Below, one piece after another: positions 58,156 through 64,000 of a stretch of DNA of 64,000 bases (positions are counted from its first letter, which is position 1; the number at the start of each line of letters is the position of its first letter). The stretch lies in contig OY762911.1 in assembly GCA_963666565.1 (NCBI GenBank), forward strand, positions 3,296,001 through 3,360,000, given 5' to 3'. The notes under the pieces are model-generated. The model saw nothing but the letters and a program-made list of their open reading frames with translations, had not been told where the DNA came from and did no database searches. Source of the DNA: Thermoanaerobaculia bacterium (lineage in GTDB: Bacteria; Acidobacteriota; Thermoanaerobaculia; Multivoradales; Multivoraceae). The position numbers were made by a program, and so were the translations under genes.

Positions 58156-59455
58156 CCGGCTGGCGCGCCGGCGCCAGCGGCTTCGGGCACGGCAGGCGGA
58201 CCGCTTCGGCCGCATGGCGGAGCAGGTCCACGTACACAACCCCTTCTACCGGGCGAAGTGGCGCGCCGCCGGCTTCGAGTCGCCGCCCACGCTCGACGAT
58301 CTTGCCGGCCTTCCCTTCACGACGAAGGATGAACTCGCCGCCGACCAGGAGGCGAACGCGCCCTGGGGCACGAACCTCACCTTCCCGCTGGAACGCTACG
58401 TCCGCGCCCACCGCACCTCCGGTACCACCGGCAGGCCGCTCCGCTGGCTCGACACGCCGGCGAGCTGGCAGTGGTTCCTCGACTGCTGGCTGGAGACCTA
58501 CCGGGGCGCCGGCGTCGAGGCGGACGACCGCGTGTTCGTGGCCTTCGGCTTCGGCCCCTTCGTCGGCTTCTGGACCGCGTTCGAGGCCGCCCAGCAACTC
58601 GGCTGCCTGGTCATGCCCGCCGGCCACCTGAGCACGGAGCAACGCCTGCGCGCGATGCTGGACGACGAGGCGACCGTCCTCGTGTCGACCCCGACCTACG
58701 CCCTGCGCCTCCTGGAAGCGGCCGACGCGCTCGGCCTCGACCTGGCCGGCAGCTCCATCGCACGGACGATCCACGGCGGCGAACCGGGCGCCGGCGTGCC
58801 GGCGGTCAAGAGCCGGCTCGCCGCCGGCTACGGCGCCCAGGTCTTCGACCACGCCGGCGCCACGGAGGTCGGCGCCTGGGGCCATCCGTGCGGCGTCGGC
58901 GAGCGCCTGCGCGTCCTGGAGGAGGAGTTCGTCGTCGAGTGGTTCGACCGCTCCACCGGCGAGCCCCTCGAACCGGTCGACCCGTCGGCCGTGGGCGAAG
59001 AGGCCGAGCCGGTCCTCGGAGAGCTCGTCCTGACCAACCTCGGCCGCATCGGCAGTCCCGTCGTCCGCTACCGCACCGGCGACGTCGGCCGCCTGTGCGC
59101 CGCCGCCTGTCCCTGCGGCCGGCCGACGATGTACCTGGACGGCGGCGTCCTCGGCCGGGCCGACGACATGTTCGTCGTCCGCGGCGTCAACGTCTACCCG
59201 AGCGCGGTCGATGCCCTGATCCGCGAGGCCGGCGGCGTCGCCGAGTACCGCGCCGCCGTGCGCCGGCAACGCCAGATGGCGGAAGTCGAGCTGGAGGTCG
59301 AGCCGGAGGCCGGCGCCGACTCGGCGACACTCAGGTCCCGGCTCCAGGATCTGTTCGAGCAGCGGCTCAGCCTCCGCGTCCCGGTTCGCGTCGCCGACGC
59401 CGGCTCGCTCCCCCGTTACGAGTTGAAGGCGAACCGCTTCACCTTCCTCGACTGA
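58148..59455 (+). CDS. phenylacetate--CoA ligase family protein
   Basis: LPFTTKDEL, TSGTTG, GELVLT, RYRTGD and GRADDM..VRGVNVYP. Confidence 0.88.
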   Translation: MTDRLARRRQRLRARQADRFGRMAEQVHVHNPFYRAKWRAAGFESPPTLDDLAGLPFTTKDELAADQEANAPWGTNLTFPLERYVRAHRTSGTTGRPLRWLDTPASWQWFLDCWLETYRGAGVEADDRVFVAFGFGPFVGFWTAFEAAQQLGCLVMPAGHLSTEQRLRAMLDDEATVLVSTPTYALRLLEAADALGLDLAGSSIARTIHGGEPGAGVPAVKSRLAAGYGAQVFDHAGATEVGAWGHPCGVGERLRVLEEEFVVEWFDRSTGEPLEPVDPSAVGEEAEPVLGELVLTNLGRIGSPVVRYRTGDVGRLCAAACPCGRPTMYLDGGVLGRADDMFVVRGVNVYPSAVDALIREAGGVAEYRAAVRRQRQMAEVELEVEPEAGADSATLRSRLQDLFEQRLSLRVPVRVADAGSLPRYELKANRFTFLD

Positions 59456-59611
59456 TGGCCGCCGGCCGGCGCCGCCCTCTCGACCGGCGCGTCGTTCCGG
59501 CCGCCTCCGGCGGCAAGCGGGTCGGGTACCCGGGTGGCGCGTTCCGCGCCGCTCGTCAACGGGTAGACCCGCGCCCCCGGCAGGCAGGCCCACCTCACCG
59601 CAGGGACAGTG

Positions 59612-61915
59612 TCAGTTCGAAACCGCGGCGGGCCGGTTGAGCACCAGCAGTGCGGCGAACAGGACCGCCCCGACACCGTTCACGACGAGGCCCATCGCCG
59701 CCCCGCCCAGGTCGGGGACCAGGAGCAGAGCCGCCGCGACCAGCATGAGGACGCGGAGCGGCAGGGTGAGCTCCGTCCGCAGGTAGCCGCCGATCCCCGA
59801 TGCCAGGGCCACGATGCCGACGACGGCCGCGCCGAGCGCCAGCAGCAGGGGCGGCAGTCCCGCGGCGCCCGCGGCAAAGAGGCTCGCGCCGTCCTCGTCC
59901 ATCAGCAGCAGCGCCGGCCGGTAGATGAACATGAAGGGCAGCGTGAACCCGACCAGGGCGAAGCGGAACGCCGCCAGCGCCGTCGGCATGACGGGCGCCT
60001 GGGCCAGACTGGCCGCCGCGTAGGCCGCCAGCGCGACCGGCGGGGTCACCATCGACATCATCCCGAAGTAGAAGATGAAGAGATGCGCCGCCAGGGGGAT
60101 GACGCCCAGTTCGGACAGCAGCGAGCCCATCAGCGTCGCCATCAGGAGGTAGCACACGACCGACGGCACGCCCATGCCCAGCACCAGCGACGTCACCATG
60201 ATGCCGAGCAGGGCGAGGAACAGGTTCGTCGCCACGACCCCCTTGATCGCGGCCGAGAAGTCCGCCGCGATGCCAGTCTGCTGCACGATGCCGATGACGA
60301 CGCCGACGCAGGCGCTGGCGGCGACCAGGGGGATCCCGTTGCGCGCCGCCCGGGTCAGGGCGCCGAAGACGTGCGGTCGGAAGACGCGATGCCCGAGTCC
60401 GAAGACCATCAGCCCGAACATCGCCACGATCCCGGACGAGAGCCAGGACTCGAAGATCTGCCGGAACGACGGCTCGGCCGGCAGGTCCGCCCAGATCAGG
60501 TTGTGCAGGAGGGCCACCGCCCCGAAACAGCCGAGAGCCAGATGGCGCAGCCTCCGGGGCAGTTCGATCTCCGGGCGCAGCACCGCCAGCACCAGGATGA
60601 CGATCAGCGCCCCGGTCACCGCCCGGAACGGCGAGAACCGCAGCAGCAGGAGCAGAATCAGCGTGGACAGGCCGGCGCCGAAAACGAGCGCGTCGAAGCG
60701 CCGTACCGGCGGCGGCTCTCCCTCGCGCTCCGGGGTCCCGACCCGCCGCGAGTAGAAGTGGACGATCAGGAAGATCGAGAGGTAGAAGAGGATCGCCGGC
60801 AGCAGCGCCGCCTGCACGATCTGCAAGAACGTGACCCGGGGCTCGACGATCTCGAGCATCATGTAGGCGCCGGCGCCCATGACCGGCGGCACCAGCGCGC
60901 CCCCCGATGCCGCCGCCGCCTCGACCGCCGCCGCCACGTGGCGGCGGAAACCGTTGCTGCGCATCATCGGGATCGTGAAGGCGCCGGTCGTCACGGCGTT
61001 CGCCACCGCACTGCCAGACAGAGAACCCAGGAGCCCGCTGCTCAGCACCGCCACCTTCGCCGGCCCGCCCGGCCGGGCGCCGAACACCCGCTCGGCGAAG
61101 CGCATGATGAACTGCGTCGCTCCCGACATCTCCAGGAACGCTCCGAACACGACGAACAGGAAGACGTAGCGGAACATGACCGACGCCGCCGGTCCGAACA
61201 CGCCCAGGCTCTGCAGGAACGTCGTGCCGACGACGTCCCGCGGATGCTGGCCGGCGTGCGGAAACAGCCAGTCGGGCAGCACGGGCCATCCGCTCCGCAG
61301 GCTGTAGTAGCAGTAGAGCGTGTGGGCGACGAAGGCCAGCGCCAGCGCCGGCACGATCCAGCCGATGCTCCGGCGGGCAGCCTCCAGCACGAGCAGGAGG
61401 CCGATCAGGCCGAGGCCGATGTCCGCCCCCGTCTCGATCCCGGCCCGGTTGCCCAGCGACCTGCCTCCCGACCAGAGGTGCTCGAACGCCGGCTCCGTCT
61501 GCACGACGACGTAGGCGCACACCGCCACCCCCAGAAGCCCAAGAAGCCCGTCCACGCCTCGCAGCCAGCCGTTCGCCGCGAACCGCGGATGTACCGGAAA
61601 GGCCAGGAAGCAGAGCAACAGCCCGAGGCCGACGAACGCCGCCAGGGACGACTGCGGCAGCAGCAGCCCGAAGTTCACCTCGAAGAGGACGAAGAAGCAC
61701 AGCGCCGCGCCGAGCGCCGCGATCAGCGCGCGGCGAGAGCGGTCGAACCGCGAGATGCCAGCGGCCTCGCCCGGCGCGCCGCCGGAAGCGAATCGGGCGC
61801 CCGCGCTCCCGGGAGCCGCGGCCGCCGCGGAAAGCTGGGTGCGCGAGTCTTCTGACCCGCCGCCGCCGAAGGCGGCCGACAAGCCGCGCACCGGGAGCTG
61901 TTCCGCCTCGTTCAA
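59612..61915 (-). CDS. TRAP transporter fused 4TM/12TM permease
   Basis: GGPAKVAV, SGSAVAN, PPVMGAGA and TPPVALAAY; start approximate. Confidence 0.92.
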   Translation of the reverse strand: MNEAEQLPVRGLSAAFGGGGSEDSRTQLSAAAAAPGSAGARFASGGAPGEAAGISRFDRSRRALIAALGAALCFFVLFEVNFGLLLPQSSLAAFVGLGLLLCFLAFPVHPRFAANGWLRGVDGLLGLLGVAVCAYVVVQTEPAFEHLWSGGRSLGNRAGIETGADIGLGLIGLLLVLEAARRSIGWIVPALALAFVAHTLYCYYSLRSGWPVLPDWLFPHAGQHPRDVVGTTFLQSLGVFGPAASVMFRYVFLFVVFGAFLEMSGATQFIMRFAERVFGARPGGPAKVAVLSSGLLGSLSGSAVANAVTTGAFTIPMMRSNGFRRHVAAAVEAAAASGGALVPPVMGAGAYMMLEIVEPRVTFLQIVQAALLPAILFYLSIFLIVHFYSRRVGTPEREGEPPPVRRFDALVFGAGLSTLILLLLLRFSPFRAVTGALIVILVLAVLRPEIELPRRLRHLALGCFGAVALLHNLIWADLPAEPSFRQIFESWLSSGIVAMFGLMVFGLGHRVFRPHVFGALTRAARNGIPLVAASACVGVVIGIVQQTGIAADFSAAIKGVVATNLFLALLGIMVTSLVLGMGVPSVVCYLLMATLMGSLLSELGVIPLAAHLFIFYFGMMSMVTPPVALAAYAAASLAQAPVMPTALAAFRFALVGFTLPFMFIYRPALLLMDEDGASLFAAGAAGLPPLLLALGAAVVGIVALASGIGGYLRTELTLPLRVLMLVAAALLLVPDLGGAAMGLVVNGVGAVLFAALLVLNRPAAVSN

Positions 61916-62904
61916 TCGCCCGCTTCGGGCCAGATGCCGATCTCCCGGTAGAAACGCTCCGCGCCCGGGTGGAACGGTGTGCCGGTGTTGCGAGCGGCGT
62001 TCGCTTCGTTGATCGCGCGGCCCGCCGGGTGCTTCTCCGCGATCGACTGGCGGTTCTCCCACATCGTCTTCGTGACTTGGTAGATCAGCTCCTCATCGGC
62101 GTCGGCGTAGGCGATCAGATGCATCGAACCGACGTTGAGGCCAGGGTAGTCCTCGGTGAGATCGGAGTAGGCGTCCGCCGGAATCGTGGCGAGCTGGAAG
62201 AACGGGTAGTCCGTCGCGAGCTGCTGGCGCTTCTCCTCGTCGAAGGGCAGGAACACGATGTCGTGCGTGCTGCTGGCCTGCGTGACCGCTCCGGTGGGAA
62301 CCGCGCCGCCGAGGAAGGCTGCGTCGATCGAACCGTCGGCCAGCATGTCGACGGCGCCGCTCTGGGTGCCGTAGACCTGGGTGAAGTCGTCGTAGGTCAC
62401 GCCGTGCGCGGCCAGCAGCGGCTGGACGAACATCTCGAAGCCCGCGCCGGCCACGCCGACCATCGCCCGCTTCCCCACCAGGTCCCGCAGGGAAGTCAGC
62501 CCGGAGTCGGCCTTGGCGATGAAGGTCGCGATGTTCGGCGCCAGGGTGGCGACGGCGCGGATCTCGTAGCTCTGCTCCCAGCCCGACTCGCCAAGGACCG
62601 CGAAGTAGCTGATCGCCGAGTTCGACATCGCGAGTTGCAGTTCGCCGCGCGCGAGCCGGCGGATGTTCTCCTGCGAGCCCTTCGTGCCGCGCGGCTGCAC
62701 CCGCCACTCGTTCTCGCCGCGGTTCTCGTTCAGGACCTCGGCGATCGCGCCGCCGACGACCGGAAAGGCGCCGCCGACCGGCGCCGTGCCCATGCTCAGG
62801 AACTGCGGGCCGCCCGACGGGCCGTCGCCGGCGTCGCCGCCGCCCCCGCCACAGGCGACGAAGAGCGCGAGCAGAGGAAGAAGGACGAGCGAACGGGTCT
62901 TCAT
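61912..62904 (-). CDS. TAXI-family TRAP solute-binding lipoprotein
   Basis: Lipobox FVAC, GTAPVGG, TKGSQEN and PFHPGAERFY. Confidence 0.92.
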   Translation of the reverse strand: MKTRSLVLLPLLALFVACGGGGGDAGDGPSGGPQFLSMGTAPVGGAFPVVGGAIAEVLNENRGENEWRVQPRGTKGSQENIRRLARGELQLAMSNSAISYFAVLGESGWEQSYEIRAVATLAPNIATFIAKADSGLTSLRDLVGKRAMVGVAGAGFEMFVQPLLAAHGVTYDDFTQVYGTQSGAVDMLADGSIDAAFLGGAVPTGAVTQASSTHDIVFLPFDEEKRQQLATDYPFFQLATIPADAYSDLTEDYPGLNVGSMHLIAYADADEELIYQVTKTMWENRQSIAEKHPAGRAINEANAARNTGTPFHPGAERFYREIGIWPEAGD

Positions 62905-63018
62905 GCGGGGGAACCTCTCGAACCGCGGGAGTGCGGGGACCGCCGGCCGGCAGCGCGCGAGCCTAGCAGCCGGCGCGGCGGCCGCCGCTCCGAAGCGCGG
63001 CCGGAAACGCGGCGGCCC

Positions 63019-64000
63019 TCAGCCCGACGCCTCGGAGATGCAGTAGAGGAAGCTGTCGGTCCGCAGGTAGAGCCGTCCCGGCGCCGGCGCAAGCGAGGAC
63101 AGCGTGAAGCCCTGGACCTGGTTCGCGGCCAGGATCTCGAACTCCGGGCCATCGCGGACGACCGTGGTCACGCCGTCCTCGCTGGTCGCGTAGACCTTGC
63201 CGTCGGCCACCAGCAGGGAAGCGCTGTAGGTCCCCGGCTCGAGCCGCCGGTTCTCCCAGTCGGGCTCACCGGTCCGGGCGTCGAGCCGCGACAGCAGGCC
63301 GTTGTCTCGCAGCAGGTAGAGCGTCTCGCCGTCCGTCGCCGGAGTCGGCACGTCGGGACCGCGGTCGGTCTCCCAGAGGAGTTCGGGTTCGCCGCCGGGC
63401 CGGAGCCGCAGCGCCTTCATCGGATTGACGCGGGTGGGGACGAAGACCAGATCCCCCGCGGACACCGGCGACGCGACGACCCGGTACATCGGGCTGTCCC
63501 TCGGGTTGAAGCCCTCCACGCGCCACAGCTCGCGGCCGCTCTCCGGGTCGTGCCCGGTGGCCACGTCCCCGCCGTTCAGCACCAGGACATGCCCGTCGCC
63601 GCTCTCGACCAGAGCCGGGGTGATGTAGGCGTCGGGCGACTCCATGCGGGCGTTCGTCGGCCGTTCCTGCCGCCACATCGTCTCCCCGGAAGAGGAGTCG
63701 ATCGCCAGGAGGTAGGACGGATCGTCCGTCTTCATGCCGTGGAGAACCGGCACGTAGAGCACGTCCCGCCAGAGCAGCGCGGACGAGCCATAGCCGTGGT
63801 TCAGGCCGAAGGCGCCGTAGTCCTGTTCGAGTTCCCGCGCCCAGAGCCGCTTGCCGTCGAAGTCGTAGGCCTGCAGGGCGCCGGTGCCCGTCAGCACCCA
63901 GACCCGCTCGCCGTCCGCGATCGGAGAAGGCGACGACATGTTGTGCTTGCGCTGGAATCGGTTGCCGCCTCCGATCGTTCGCCGCCACACGACGTCCCCC
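63019..64000 (-). CDS. PQQ-binding-like beta-propeller repeat protein (5' end outside window)
   Basis: Repeated SP...DG/G..LW blades; C-terminal GRLYLRT. Confidence 0.85.
   Translation of the reverse strand, partial: GDVVWRRTIGGGNRFQRKHNMSSPSPIADGERVWVLTGTGALQAYDFDGKRLWARELEQDYGAFGLNHGYGSSALLWRDVLYVPVLHGMKTDDPSYLLAIDSSSGETMWRQERPTNARMESPDAYITPALVESGDGHVLVLNGGDVATGHDPESGRELWRVEGFNPRDSPMYRVVASPVSAGDLVFVPTRVNPMKALRLRPGGEPELLWETDRGPDVPTPATDGETLYLLRDNGLLSRLDARTGEPDWENRRLEPGTYSASLLVADGKVYATSEDGVTTVVRDGPEFEILAANQVQGFTLSSLAPAPGRLYLRTDSFLYCISEASG

Overview
High-GC bacterial chromosomal window. The host is uncertain; the gene content (PQQ-like beta-propeller, TAXI/TRAP transporters, asnS, DUF1640-like protein, several TA pairs) loosely suggests an Acidobacteriota-like, possibly host-associated organism. 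From left to right: (1) 1-7.8 kb is a translationally coupled candidate defence/epigenetic operon (C5 cytosine methyltransferase, GHKL/MORC-like ATPase, hypothetical protein, DUF6339-like protein, Vsr) with no recognisable restriction endonuclease. It is hit by two IS elements: an ISL3 just upstream, and an IS3-family element with subterminal IRs inside the DUF6339-like gene. (2) hicBA, then a folate-dependent demethylation module (MetF-like, DmdA/GcvT-like, dimethylglycine dehydrogenase-like), TRAP/MATE/SDR genes and asnS-rnc. (3) 22-37.3 kb is a 17-gene aryl polyene/xanthomonadin-like type II PKS cluster with a flavin-dependent halogenase. (4) mutL-recO-mgtE, assorted enzymes and phd-vapC. 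(5) A coenzyme F420 biosynthesis cluster (npdG, cofE, cofD, cofC, fbiC) with nearby F420-type oxidoreductases. It is interrupted by a two-gene insert carrying a XanB2-like chorismatase, the starter-unit enzyme missing from the aryl polyene cluster about 18 kb away. (6) PaaK-like ligase, TAXI-TRAP transporter and a PQQ-like propeller protein. No rRNA, tRNA or CRISPR array was seen. All family assignments come from motif recognition by eye, without database searches.
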